A stretch of DNA of 64,000 nucleotides from Octopus vulgaris. Lineage: Eukaryota. Positions 50,430 through 64,000 of the stretch are shown in pieces (positions within the stretch are counted from its first letter, which is position 1; every line of letters starts with the position of its first letter). The translations under genes were made by a program, and so were the position numbers. Under the pieces are notes generated by a model. The model was not told the DNA's origin, searched no databases, and was given only the letters and a program-made list of their open reading frames with translations. Location: NCBI GenBank assembly GCA_951406725.2, contig OX597820.1, positions 98,518,001 through 98,582,000 of the forward strand. Reading direction: 5' to 3'.

Positions 50430-51590
50430 CACATCGCCTTCGACGACTTTGCAGCATCTATTCTGATTTCGAATCCAATTCCAAAACGATGCAATAGTCT
50501 TTTTCTAAATCGAGGGTATCCTTCTTCAGTTTTGACCCGACACTCCACCGAGCCCAAGCCATCAACCACACCCGCAACTCTCCTACCATTTTCAAGCATT
50601 TCCACCAACCGTATGCCACTCTCTCTCACCTACCACCCGTCCATAACCCCTCTAAAGCACAAACTCACCCACAAATTTTAAGTTCTTTTTCTGACCCAAC
50701 AGCCGCCCCTATCTTTACCACACCGCCTCTCCTCTATTTTAAAAGAGATAGGTGTCTTAGAAAATCTCCTTGTTAGAAACTTCACAGCTCCCAGCTCCGC
50801 ACAACCAGGAAACTTTAAGTGTTCTAGCCGACGATGTAACACATGCCCCTACATCAACAATATTACCACCACCACGGGGCCCAAGACGCAATATCACATA
50901 ACACACCACTTCTGTTGCATTTCGGCGAATCTCATATATTGCATCGTATGCAAAATCTGCAGTACTCGTTACATTGGAGAAACAGGACAACGCCTTTGGG
51001 ATCGCTCTCGCGAACACATCAGAACCTTAATGCTTCGTATGTCAGACCAACCCGTCGCCACCTACTTCAACACTGTGAACCATTGATTAATCAATGTGTG
51101 GTATGGCCTTGCACCACGGATCCCCCTTCTCCAGGAAACCAAAGGAACCCCGTCTCATATTTGATCATGGCACTACGTTCCCAATAGGTATGAATGAACG
51201 CTTTTCCTTTTATCCTTTCACCTCCTCTTAATTCTTTTTTACCCTTTCTAATCCTCCTTTCACATTCTCTCTGCAACATTCCTGTACTTACTTACCTCTA
51301 CTCTCTCTATCACCTTTTTCCTTCTCCTTTCTGCACGCCTTCTCCAATAATTTCTGTTTCACATTAGCAGCCCATGTTATTCTGCGTCCATTATCAGTTG
51401 CAGCAAGTTTTTCAAGCTGAGAGGATGTAAACTCTGTTTGACTTTTTTTCCTTTTCTCTTTTTCTCTGCCCCCTGATGAATGATTGAATTCGAAACGTTG
51501 GATATTGCACTCCTCGCGGCAAGTTCACTGTACCCCTTTCACTTTTTTCCCAATTTTTTTCAAGTCTTGCCGACGCAGAGCTATCATATT
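50430..51590 (+). mobile_element. Decayed, 5'-truncated Neptune-type PLE (thumb, linker, GIY-YIG, 3' UTR with hammerhead)
   Basis: Frameshifted remnants FLNRGYP, RMPLSLTYHP, PGNFKCSSRRCNTCPYI and ANLIYCIVCKICSTRYIGETGQRL, homologous to the PLE1 C-terminus. Confidence 0.85.
51471..51501 (+). ncRNA. Hammerhead motif (canonical CUGAUGA core, decayed helix II)
   Basis: CC-CTGATGA-ATGATTGAATTC-GAAA-CG-TT-GG, in the PLE 3' UTR. Confidence 0.6.
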
Positions 51591-52229
51591 ATTGCCTGAT
51601 CATTATATGCATATATACGTTTGAGTATCAAGAAAATTGAGCAGGTTCACCTCGATTATCCATGGAATGTGTCATGGTAGATTTTGTGAGGCTGTGAACT
51701 GACACATACATGAAACAAGCAAACCGAAGTCATATGAAGAAAAAATTATTATGACAAAATAAACAGACTGTTGGAGAATGAATTCCGAGCAATCCTTGGA
51801 AATGATCCAATTTTCGTTAGATGAAGCATTAAAGGATATTCTATGTACATCAGGAACGAGGAACTCAAAACAAGGGCCATAAAGTGCAAATCTCATGAAT
51901 AGTTTTCTTGTTACACTTGACCGAAATAGGTCAAATGTTTTAAAGGTATCTAAACGAAAACTCGAAAGTCATTTATGCTGTTTCTTCACGGACCTCCTTG
52001 AAGACGTCTTCCCAGCTACAATCACAGAAGAGTTGCTACCACCGAAGTTTGAAAACCATTTCGACTTTTCTGATCCCACTGCCAAACAAGCCGATATGTA
52101 AATAAAGGAGACGAGATCCAGTTGAGTCTCTAGACAACAATGGTATCGCACACGAGACTTAGGGACATTGTTTCTCATCCTTAGATCGTCGAAGATTTTA
52201 TCGCAGCAGGAGTGCAAAGAAGCAACTGC

Positions 52230-52385
52230 CCTTGAGGAATGATACTTGGTAGACTTATAGCTGTCTAAGCTAAAGAGAGTGAGATCAATTAATCATTATC
52301 ATCCAATATCACTCCTCAGGGTAGTCGGTAAAGTGTCTTGTAGAAGATTTGCTAAAAGTGTGTCAAGGTTCCTAGAACTGAATGC
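52230..52385 (+). mobile_element. Highly decayed LINE RT fragment
   Basis: HYHPISLLRVVGKV resembles the NYRPISLLSxxGK motif of non-LTR RTs. Confidence 0.4.
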
Positions 52386-53896
52386 ACTCATAAGCATATC
52401 AGTTCAGTAAGACAGTGTTCTGTGTTCCTTAGTTTCCTAGAACATACTCAGATAGTTTTGGGTTCTACCCAGCACTCAAGAAGAAAAGACAAGACCTTCC
52501 GATTTCTGGCTTTATCTGAGAAATGGTCATGGATGAAACGCAGTGCTCACAAGCGCTGATACCAAACGCGTCAGATTCTTTTGTATTTCAGCTCATGTTA
52601 GTGTTGTGGAAACATTCCAAACACCTCATGGGACTAAAAGTGGGTTGGGCTGACATAATGCCATAAAATAAAGAACTATCAGTAGTTCACAGTAAGCAGT
52701 TCACTGTGAACCGTTGGCAGAGAGCGTTTAACCTTGTGTCACGGTAACAGTAGTGTGTCATGGGAATACTTTCTTCCCTCTTGCGTCGTTAAATTATATA
52801 TCCAACACCAGAATATGAAAATTCGTAAAATTTTAATGCGATACTTTGAAGCATACTACCATCAAGAATTTCACGATCAACTGGTAATTATAGGAAAAAA
52901 TCACCATGGTGCCTCTTTCTGATGGATATGGAGTTGCTTTTGAGAAGAGCAAAAAGCTTCACGAAGGAACTGAATGTCAGAAAACAGCCAAAACAACTAC
53001 TACTGTGTGATCTTATGGATGATATTATCACCTTAATAGACTCAAAGAAACCTTCTGGCGAGTTTAGATGAGTTGTTTCGACAATGTCGAGTGATTTCCC
53101 ACAGATACAAAAAGAAAGAAAAAATGTCTCTACTAAGTAGGATTAATTTCATTTTGAAATTGGAAAGAAGCTGATTCGGTTGCTTAGGGAACAGGCAATA
53201 AGGAGCCTTTACAGTAGATCTAAATAGTACTAAGATGGGGAACGAGACTGATGCCAAGTTGAGATTGTGGCTAACTACTATTAACAAATGTGGCTTAAAA
53301 GAGGAATTTAAGTTATAGTATTGTTGACATAAACTTTAAGTGTATGATATATTATTAACATGAATGAAAGAAAGAATGGAAATGAGCTAACAAATTCCTA
53401 CGAAAGCGGCTTAGTCTATCGGAAGGGATGAGTTATTTAATGTACCTTTTCCTTTTCTGAGATATAGGTTGCAATAAGATAGGAAATTTGTCTGCTGCTT
53501 CTAACAGTTTGACCTCCCGCGTAAAGTCGTCCTCGCTCGTCCATTTAATCTACCCTAACTTTTGTCAGAAGTTTCATGTCATAGGAAGAGTAATTTAGTT
53601 ATACTATCTAGCAGGGCGATTGACGCTTTATTTGACATTTGTCATGTTAGATCGTAATGGTGAATGCGTTCTGAGGTAAAATAGTGATATATTTTTTTAT
53701 ATAATTATTTCATTCAAATTTTTAATGTGTTTATTTTGAAGGTGGAATTTCGTTTATCCTATTTTAAAGGATCTGGATTTTAAAATCTTTAAAAAAATTT
53801 ATAATGTTTTCTCATTGGAGAAAGATAATTATCTAGCTTTACAAAAGAACATGAAATTACATGGAGGTTAACAAAAAGTTTCAAAAATAGACTTCA

Positions 53897-54052
53897 GTCG
53901 CAGGTGTGGCTGTGTGGCAAGCAGCCTGTTCCCAACTTCATCGTTCGGGACTCAGTCCCACTGCATAGCACTTTGGGCAAACGTTTTCTACTCCGGACGA
54001 TCAAAGCTTTGTGAGTGGATTTGGTAGACGTAAACTGAAAGAAGCACCTAGT
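53897..54052 (+). mobile_element. SINE family 1, 5' fragment
   Basis: GCAGGTGTGGCTGTGTGG...CAGTCCCACTGC...GAGTGGATTTGGTAGAC. Confidence 0.7.
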
Positions 54053-54056
54053 ATGA

Positions 54057-54142
<86 letters not shown>

Positions 54143-54384
54143 TTTGAAGTGACACATCTAGCCGACCAGGTATTCTGTGCCGAGGAAGGAAAATAACCCA
54201 GAAACAGCTGTCCGCAGATATTGCTTTGTGCTGAGTGAGGATGCGAAACTCCCCTGTTCGAAAATATAAAGACACTGATAGTATGTCATATAGCTAACCG
54301 GAGACGATGTTTCCTGGGGCTAAACAACAGTAACATTCGTCCCAACCTGGACTGCCATGTTATGTTGGCAAATAATGTTTACTT

Positions 54385-54447
<63 letters not shown>

Positions 54448-54450
54448 GTG

Positions 54451-54490
<40 letters not shown>

Positions 54491-55407
54491 CATGTCTATA
54501 TACAAACCTATCAGTAACGTACCTCTAGTGACTCCTTAAAACAGTTGTAAGCTAAATTTATTCCACTAAAAGAAAAATATGTAACTACCATCATTTGTAC
54601 CTTGCCTTGTAAATCACTCTGTGTAAAAACCAGTGTAACTGGAGCCTAACCGCGGATTTACAATACAGAATGGTAATGACCTATAACCTCGGAGCCTTCC
54701 ACAAAAATACTTGGAGTTCTTCACTAATCTCATCAACATTGTTAGCCTGGTGTACTAACAGAGAGCTTATGAAGTATTTTTCCCGGATTGATAGTAAATC
54801 TGTTATAGATACGTGTGTGTGTGTATGTGTGTGTGTGTATGACACTGAAAGTGGCTACCCGTTGATCCTTTAATAAACAATTGGATACTCAAGGAATGCA
54901 GTATGATCTACATAAACGGAGTAGAGTTACAAATACCAATATACACCAGAGAAATCCGATAATTATCATAACAGAGTCATAGATTAAATATAAAAGACGG
55001 AGATAATCTCAAAAAGCCGTCGCCAAGACAAGTTTCACATGACATTTTACAGTACAAGGAGAATAAAAATTGATTCATCTATCGGGTGTAAGCAATAGAG
55101 AGAACAGGAATCATACGACACAATTTATTGAAGAACTGAAAGCAAAAAAAATGGTGTTAGTATTTTAAACATGTCTTCGTTTGTCTGGCAAGAATTTTGC
55201 AGCAATGGAAAAGTCATCAACTTTAAATATTCCACGATATATACATACATACATACATACATACATACATACATACATACATGCATATATGCTTATGTAT
55301 GTATGTATGAATGTATGTATGAATGTATGTATGTATGCATGTATGCATGCATGCATGTATATATGTGTGTGTGTATATGTATATATACATATACACATAT
55401 ATATGTA

Positions 55408-55479
<72 letters not shown>

Positions 55480-55531
55480 CATATATACACACACGTATAT
55501 GTATGTATCAGTATGTATATACACATACATA

Positions 55532-55576
<45 letters not shown>

Positions 55577-56348
55577 TTACATATAAATACATACAAACAT
55601 GCATACATACATGCAAACATACATACATACATACATACATACATACATACATACATACATACATACATACATACATACATACAATGAGAGACATAGAAGT
55701 GGAGAGGTTGAGAGGAAGAGAAAGAACGAAGGAATAAGAGAGTGAAGGAGAGAAACTGATGATTAGCGAGAGAGGAGTGTAGGCATTTGTATCAAGAGTA
55801 TATATGTTTGGGGATTATAGCTTTATTCAAATTAAAAATGAAAACATATTTATAAACCGCTCGGAGGTTGTTTACTTACCAGAATGTAAAACTTCCTTCG
55901 TTCGTGTTTTACTTTCCGTCTGGGAATGAAAGTAAATCTGGGTCTGAGTTCTCACTGAAATTTCATTTGCAATAAAACAGCATTAAAAATTCGGGTCGTG
56001 AAATTTGTCTATACGAGGTCGCTCAATTTGCTAGAGATATCAGCCAATTTTTCTTTAAATATCACTTCGCCATCTTAAGAAAAACCAAATGAAGCATTTA
56101 TTGTAAAAGTCATCTCTTCTTTTGTTTGTTTTCAGTCGCTGTTTCGCGACCATGCAGGAGTCCCATCTCTGAAGAGTTCAATCGTTTAAATTGTGATAAT
56201 TTAATTATTATTTTTCTGTCTGGTACTCATCCCATTATTCCGTGATTCACTAACCGCTATTGTCATGGCCATGTAAATAAACCAAACTCGGTTGTCAAAG
56301 CGGTGTGAGACAACCAAAAAGACAAACGCACACATAAACACAAACACA

Positions 56349-56402
<54 letters not shown>

Positions 56403-56417
56403 CTGGTAAGTAAACAA

Positions 56418-56642
56418 GGCGGCGAGCTGGCAGAAACGTTAGCACGCCGGGCGAAATTCTTAGCGGTATTTCGTCTGACGTTACGTTCTGAGTTCGAATT
56501 CTGCCGAGGTCAACTTTGCCTTTCATCCTTTCGGGGTCGATAAATAAAGTACCAATTTCGCACTGGGGGCGATATAATAGACTCAACCCCTTCGTCTGTC
56601 CTTGTTTGTCCCTCTATGTTTAGCCCCTTGTGTGCAGTAAAG

Positions 56643-56645
<3 letters not shown>
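56418..56645 (+). mobile_element. tRNA-derived SINE, family 3; other copies at ~61370-61595 (-) and ~63450-63650 (-)
   Basis: Head GGCGGCGAGCTGGCAGAAACGTTAGC, B box GAGTTCGAATTC, central block GAGGTCAACTTTGCCTTTCATCCTTTCGGGGTCGATAAA shared by the copies. Confidence 0.8.
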
Positions 56646-56680
<35 letters not shown>

Positions 56681-56923
56681 CCGACCTCCGCACAGTTTCA
56701 TGATACGAGGCTACAGATTCAGTTGCCAAAAGTACCACGCACAGAGACTGAACACGAAACTACATGGCTGCCACCCGAACTTCTTAACTATATTTCCTAT
56801 ACCTGTGTCATTCGACACTATGTATAAAAAAGCGTCCTTATGGTCAGATTCTCCGATATAAGGGACAATAAATAAAACCTTCGTTGGTATTATGAATAAC
56901 CGCCCGGCTGAATAAAGCTTGAA

Positions 56924-57485
56924 GCAATGTTATTTACCAGTTCAAATATGCCAGTGACACGTTCAGACTTGTAAAGAAGCCATTAACTGTGTTTTGTCAT
57001 TGAGAAAAGTTCTCGCTGTAAGACAGATGGTGTAGATACACCTAAATCAGTTCGCAGCGCCACCTGTCCAAACTACGAGATGCAAGCATTTCGGAGTTGT
57101 TATTTCCTCTTCAGTCGTAGAAACCGAATGGTGGCGCTGCGAGCTGATAAAAATAAAAAAAAACAATCTCTCTTATGTTATTCCAGTCAACGTACATCGG
57201 TTGGTTGCGCAAATCGACGGCTTGACGTATGTTGAATGGAAAAACATGAGAGATTGCCTCTCTCATCTGCTCGCAGCGCCACCATTCGGTTTCTGTGATT
57301 GAAGAGGAGATAACAACTACAAAATGCTATATCTCGCAGTCAGGATAGGTGGCGCTGCGATCTGATTTAGTGTATTTACAACATTATCCTACAGCGAGAA
57401 ATTTTCTCCATGGCAAAACACAGTGAATGGCTTTTTTACAAGTCCGAACGTGTCACTAGCATATTCGAACTGTTTATAACATTGC
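56924..57485. mobile_element. Palindromic MITE-like element, ~270-bp diverged arms, four GGTGGCGCTGCGA motifs
   Basis: GCAATGTTAT...CAGTTCAAATATGCCAGTGACACGTTC pairs with GAACGTGTCACTAGCATATTCGAACTG...ATAACATTGC. Confidence 0.8.
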
Positions 57486-58020
57486 ATTTGAACTCATCAC
57501 TGCTTAGTGCTCCCATTCCGTAAAATTTGGAACAGTATTAAAATCTCAAACAGCCATCTATGTATCGTCTTTAATGCATACACAGACAAATTAACAGACA
57601 AATTCCTGTGGTATTAGTCCCGAGATAACATCTCGGGCTGCTATTAGCAGTAACAGTTATTCAGACTTATTCAGTTTCCTATATCGGCGCCAAGAAATCT
57701 CATCCATGAATGTGGATGTGAGTACACGTCATTGACAAACCTCATATAAGCCGACACGCATCTGGTGTTTCTTGCCAACTGCTGCTGGGCTGACTTTTTC
57801 GACGCCACCCCCGAAAATATGTTGTCATTTTAAATACAATACGTCAATAACAGACGATAACTTGCCACTAATGTCGCAGTAACTTGTCTGTCAACGATAT
57901 ATGTACATTTGATATGGTACGTATATGGTTGTTTCAATATAATACAACTTCAATTGCGTATAATTCCTCAGCTTATTTTTCTTGTTTGCTAAGATATATA
58001 TATACATATACATACATATG

Positions 58021-58112
<92 letters not shown>

Positions 58113-58120
58113 AATATATA

Positions 58121-58305
58121 GTTAATCCAAACAAGAAAGCACAAAAAACACAACACAACAACGCGATGACGTGGAACAAATATAGTATTATTGGACGCTC
58201 AGGAAAGAAGGAGGGCTTAACGTTTCGAGCGGAGCTCTTCGTCGGAAACATAGGAGAAGGAAAGATCCAGAGAAGGGAAGACAGAGGGAAAAAATCGCCA
58301 ACGGT
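58121..58305 (-). mobile_element. PLE 3'-end fragment in (TA)n with a hammerhead at 58215-58249 (core CCGACGA); shorter copy at 33612-33663
   Basis: Minus strand: GTTT-CCGACGA-A-GAGC-TCC-GCTC-GAAA-CG-TT-AAGC followed by TTCCTGAGCG, as in PLE1. Confidence 0.75.
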
Positions 58306-58310
58306 ACATA

Positions 58311-58346
<36 letters not shown>

Positions 58347-58412
58347 TGTATGTATGTATGTATGTATGTATGTATGTATGAATGTATGTATATATACACA
58401 CACATACATATG

Positions 58413-58444
<32 letters not shown>

Positions 58445-58473
58445 CATATACATATATACATGTACGTATATAT

Positions 58474-58775
58474 GAATGCGCGTGGTTTAGTGGTTTGACA
58501 AATCGGCTCTCGAGCGTAAGTTCGTGAGTTCGATTCCCCGCGACGCACTGTGTCCTTGAGCAAAACACTTTATTTCATGTTGCTCCAGGACACTCTGCAT
58601 ACAAAACTGAGTAGTACGTGTATGTCAAATGGCCTGCTTTGCCATATTTTGTGTCATACTGAATCTCCCTGAGTACTACGTTAAGGGTACATGTGTCTGT
58701 GGAGTGCGGTAATTTCACGCGCAGGCTCTTCCGTTGATCAGCTGGAACCCTCGTCGTCGTAATCGATGAAGTGTC
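58474..58775 (+). mobile_element. tRNA-derived SINE, family 2 (head B + tail 1)
   Basis: Homologous to 9294-9612. Confidence 0.8.
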
Positions 58776-58782
58776 ATGTATA

Positions 58783-60069
58783 TCAGGTCATCCCATAAGT
58801 TCTGTCCGTTTTTACGTTTTTTTTAAATTGAACGAAATTTAATAGTATTTTAGAATGTCTAATGGAATTAAAAATTATTTTTATGCTTTTGTGTACATTT
58901 AAACTAATTAAATATTATTTTACAGAATAATAGAATTAAAATTTCTTTGATTAAAACCCTTTCTAACATCGAAGTATCCAAAGAGCATTTGAGGCACATA
59001 ATGCTTTATGAGTATAAAAAAGGAAACTCTGCAGCCGAAGCGACTCGGAACATACACTCAGTTTATGGGAAAGAATGTTTGAATGAAAGAACTTGCAGAA
59101 GATGGTTTGCAAAATTCAGAAGTGGATATTTCAGCCTTGAACATGAAGATCAAACAGGACGTCCAGTTGAGTTTGCTGATAAGCTCCTTGAGGCATTTCT
59201 TGAAGAAAATCCTGCATTATCAGTTGAAGAATTAGCAATAAAGCTTAGTTCAAACCATACAACTGTTCATCGTCATCTTGAACAACTTGGAAAGTTTCTT
59301 AGAGTTGGAAAATGGGTGACTTATGAATTGTCCGAAAGCAACTGCAAATCCCGAGTTGATATCTGCTCTTCTCTCCATTCTCACGAACTCATTTCACTCT
59401 TTTTGAATAAACATGTGACTGACTGGTGACGAAAAATGAATCTTCTATCGAAATGTTAAACGTCGTAAACAATGGCTTGATAAGAGGGAAAAAGCTCAAC
59501 CACAACCATGAAGGGAACTTCATGGGAAAAAGGGTTTTTTTTTCTATCTGATGGGATTGCATAGGAGTAATTCACTTTGAATTGTTACCACCTAATGCAA
59601 CAATCAATGCTTAAGTCTACTGTCAGCAATTAGAACGTTTAAACTAAGCTTTGAAGAAAAAAGACCCGCTTTAGAGAATCGAAAAGAAGTGATGTTTCAT
59701 CAGGACTATGCGCGACCCCACACTGCATAGATCACATCACAGAAGATCGAAGATCTTGGTTGGGAAAAGTTCCTCATCCACCTTATTCTCCCGACCTTGC
59801 TCCTTCAGACTACCATTTGTTTCGTAGTTTACAGAATCATTTGGGGGACATAACTTTCGCAAGCCAGGAGGAGGTCGAAACTGACGTTTCAGAGTTCTTC
59901 GCTTTGAACCAAAAGAGTTTTACATTGATAGGATTAAAAAGGTTGTAGATAGATGGAAGTCATAGATAATCAGGGAAAGCACATTGATGATTAAATTTCA
60001 ATTGAATATAACATTTGATCACTTGTTTTCTTTATTCAAAATTCGGACAGAACTTATGGAATGACCTGA
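58783..60069 (+). mobile_element. Full-length (1287 bp) mariner DD34D element with inactivated transposase
   Basis: TIRs TCAGGTCATCCCATAAGTTCTGTCCG and CGGACAGAACTTATGGAATGACCTGA with TA flanks. Motifs HLRHIMLYEY, GKWVTYEL, TGDEK, FHQDYARPH and PHPPYSPDLAPSDYHLF, interrupted by stops and frameshifts. Confidence 0.95.
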
Positions 60070-60087
60070 TACAAAAGGATCAAATAT

Positions 60088-60310
60088 CCTTCCCGGACCC
60101 TATTCTCATAAGGCCGGTTTCCCGGATTCTGTGGCGTATATATTCCCCACCTTGACTGGACACTGGTTTGTTATAGGATTACTCGTTTTTGCCAGTTGAG
60201 TGCACGGGAGCAATGTGAAAGGAAGTGTTTTGCTCAAGAACATAACACATTAACCGGTCAACGAATCGAAACCGCAATCCCTCGATCAAGCGTGCAACGT
60301 CCTAAACACA
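60088..60310 (-). mobile_element. SINE (head B-like + tail 2)
   Basis: Minus strand: B box GGTTTCGATTC, body TTCTTGAGCAAAACACTT, tail ATACGCCACAGAATCCGGG shared with 10595-10868. Confidence 0.65.
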
Positions 60311-62515
60311 AACACACAAGGCCCCATAAGTATTTAAATACCGATAAACATTTTCTCCAGTAACCTGTGGTGTTTTTTGTATATGGAAAAGAAACTCGAT
60401 TTTACAAACATTTTTCTAAAGATATGATTCTTAAAGAATCCCTCCATTCATCTGTCCAAGCAGATATGAGATTTTTATTCTCATCAAATGCTTATTCTCA
60501 TTTACATTCTCCCTACAATGCTTACCATTCACTCCTTACCTCTTTTTCTCTCTCACCCAATCTACACACACACACACACATACACACACACACACACACG
60601 TATATTTGGATATGTATGTATATTTGTGTGTGTGTATGTGTGTTTGTGTGTGTGCGTATGCGTTCTGTCTGTGTGCGTGTATGAATGCATGTGTGTATGT
60701 ATGCATGTAATAATATTGTTTATATTCAATTTTCATCACCTCTTTCATAAACACGAATTACTTTAAGCGGAAGTAAAGTGTACCATCCTCCGTTCGCAAA
60801 ATGAGAAAAAAATCTGTACGTAGTTACATCGAAGGTCACAGTTCCACGCATTTCTATTCACGATTCATGTAGCCATAACATACTCAACCCTACTCTTTCT
60901 TTCATTTATTTATTTATCTATTTAATATTTGCGGCTTTGTCGTTTTTTTAAATCATTATTTAGCAATATTTCTTTCGATGAATCTATTGTAAAGATCAAT
61001 GGTTCTGAACTAGGCTCCATAAGATCCTTTGGGACCATATAAGATATTCGTCGTTAAAATTTATTTGTAATAAATTGGTTAGAACTTCTACAATATACAA
61101 GATGTTTTAGAATTTTTTAAATACAATTCCAAATAATATTTAATTACAAATATATAATGGGAATTTTTTAAACATTAAATGGCTGATGGGGTCCATCTAA
61201 GTAAAGAGGAACCTAAGGGGATCATATTTTTTTTAATGGTTAGGAACTGCTGGTATAAAGTAACCGCGCGCGATTCCTCACTTATCTGAGGATCTGAGGA
61301 TCGAAACCGTAAAACTAGTAGTTGTAATTTCTAAAGATCCGGCTGCAAAATACAAACTATAAACTCATTTTATAGGTTTCAAATTTTGGCACAAGGCCAC
61401 CAAGTTTGGGGGACGGGGTAAGCCGATTACATCGACCCCAGTACTCGACTGGTATTTATTTTATCAACCTCCAACAGGATGAATGGCAAAGTCAACTTCG
61501 GCAGACTTTGAACTCAGATCGTGAAAACAGACAAAATACCGCCAAGCATTTCGCCCGGTTTGCTAGCGCTTGTTCCAAATCACCACCTTTCGCTCTTCTT
61601 ATTTTAAACTGAGTACTTTTACTTCAAGTTTATATCACATATGAGTGACCAATGTGGTAAAGAAACTAGCATTGCAACCACGGGATTTCGAGTTCAGTTC
61701 TACTGCGTAGACTAGAGCAACTGTTATCTACAATAGCCTCGGGCTGATTAATGCATTGTGAATGAATTTCTTCGGCGGAAACTTTGTGGAAGCTCTTGGC
61801 CATGTGCTTGTGTTTTGACTCCTTCCGCCAGCGAGTAAATTAAGGATTCGGCAAAAGAGAAAGATAGAAGAGTACTAGTACGAGATTAAGCATGAGCATC
61901 GTCACGTTTCCATCACCTTTCACTCGGTGAATATCCAAGGTGTGACAGGAGACAGAAGGTGGCTGCAGTGCCTTACTAAAGGACACAACATGCAGCTCGG
62001 TTCCAAAACCGAACGCAGTGGGACTGAACCCGGAACCATGTGGTTCGTAAGCAAGCTACTTACCACACAGCCACTCCTACGCCTATATATATATATATAT
62101 ATATATGAATTGCGACAACATAAACATTTTTTAATTTCGAGAGGAAGAGAAATAATTCTTTATGGGAAAAGTAAATGATAAACTATAAATAATAGCACAT
62201 AAGTGTGGGGATCAAAAACCCTTTAGATGTGTATGTATGTATGTATGTATGTATGTGTATGTGTATGTATGTATGTATGTATGTATGTATGTATGCATGT
62301 ATGTATGTATGTATGTAAGTATGTGTGTAGGTAGGTAGGTAAGTGGGTTGAGTGTGTGAGTGCGTGGATGTGTGGTGAGCGTGTGGATGTGTGTGATCTA
62401 CACGTATAACACTTGTTGTGCTTGCATACATATACATACGTAGATACACACATCTGATACTGCTCAAGCAATCAATCAAATATTTATTAAAAAAAAAACT
62501 TACCTCAATATATAT

Positions 62516-62638
<123 letters not shown>

Positions 62639-62652
62639 GTTGCCCGCCCTTC

Positions 62653-62707
<55 letters not shown>

Positions 62708-63041
62708 CATACATACGTACGTATGTATGTATGTTTGTATGTATATAAGGAGCCGCAACTGAAGTTAATACCAAATATTATGAAGCTTCAGTTTACAAAT
62801 ATTTGGGTTCAGAGAAAGGGGTTAGTGAGTTAGGGTGACTCTGTTAACACCCTTGTAATTTTCGCACCAACTTTCAAAACACTATACATTTCATCTCCAT
62901 GCATTATATCTAGCGAGCAGTACACGAACGCACTCAAGCATATGCATAGAAACCTACACGAGCACGCAAATGTGCCTGCCTTATGTGTGTGTAAATTCAT
63001 TTCTAATATATTTTAGTGGCCCATATTTGTATATATCTATA

Positions 63042-63385
63042 ACTATCAACATATATGCATACATACAAATAATATAGAATATTTGCATAATTGTACATAC
63101 ATAGTTATGTATGCATGCACGCACACGCGCTCACACAGACACACACTCACACACACAAGCACACGCACACTCATACTTATATGTATATATAATGCAGGCG
63201 TGTGCACGCATACACTATCAACATATATGCATACATACAAATAATATAGAATATTTGCATAATTGTACATACATAGTTATGTATGCATGCACGCACACGC
63301 GCTCACACAGACACACACTCACACACACACAAGCACACGCACACTCATACTTATATGTATATATAATGCAGGCGTGTGCACGCAT
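63042..63385. repeat. Two-unit ~171-bp tandem duplication
   Basis: ACTATCAACATATATGCATAC...GCAGGCGTGTGCACGCAT occurs at ~63042 and ~63213. Confidence 0.9.
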
Positions 63386-64000
63386 GCAATTAGCCCATAA
63401 TTCTCCCACGGTCGCAGCATATATGTTATAAGGATGACAAAAAAAAATAATAATAATCCTGTCTACTATAGACACGAAGTGTGAAATTTTTTGGAAGGGG
63501 CCTTGTCGATGACATCGAACCCAGTACTCGATTGGTACTTAATTGATCGACCCCGAAAAGGTGAAATGCAAAATCGAATGTATAGCGACGGGCGAGTACC
63601 GCTAAGAGTTTTCCCGGCGTGCTAACGATTCTGCCAGCTCATTGCCTTAACAATAATAATAATAATCCTTTTTAACATTGGCTCAAGGCCCGATATTTTG
63701 AGAGTTCAAAATTGTTACTTATTTTATCGACCTCGAAACAGTTAGACTCAACAAAGGTACAAGTGTAGACCTTGTAATGGAGACGATGTTGAAAAGTGTC
63801 ATTGTATAGAGAAAAAGTTACTCTACAAGCGTAATTTCAATATCCTGTAACCGTTAGTAAAAAGTTATGCCCGCCTTTGCATTCCTTTTGGGACAACCCT
63901 CGAATGTATGCGTGTTTGTACGAATGTAAGCATATCTGTAGATACGTATACATGGACATATATATTTTTAATTCTTTCTTTTATTCTTTTATTTGTTTCC

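Overview
AT-rich, microsatellite-saturated eukaryotic DNA, intergenic or intronic. The tRNA-derived SINE families and (TA)n/(TACA)n landscape look like an octopus (coleoid cephalopod) genome; this is inferred, not searched. No host protein-coding gene can be supported, and nearly all ORF-track entries are microsatellite read-throughs. The window is almost entirely mobile DNA. It holds two young Penelope-like retroelements (PLEs): a Neptune-type RT+GIY-YIG element at 14821-20408 (-) with direct pseudo-LTRs and one in-frame TGA, and a divergent PLE at 37228-40705 (+) with an uninterrupted 781-aa ORF and inverted pseudo-LTRs. It also holds a decayed third PLE, a truncated Tx1/L1-group LINE, several decayed Tc1, mariner and maT-like DNA transposons, three SINE families and several long fold-back palindromes. 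The most notable signal is a dense set of minimal type-I hammerhead-ribozyme motifs in PLE 3' ends and in short (TA)n-anchored PLE-like derivatives. Many have non-canonical cores, including apparent compensatory swaps of the core 3-8 base pair (U3-A8, G3-C8), U4C, A6U, A9C and a 60-nt helix II. All folds were read by eye; no searches or folding programs were run.
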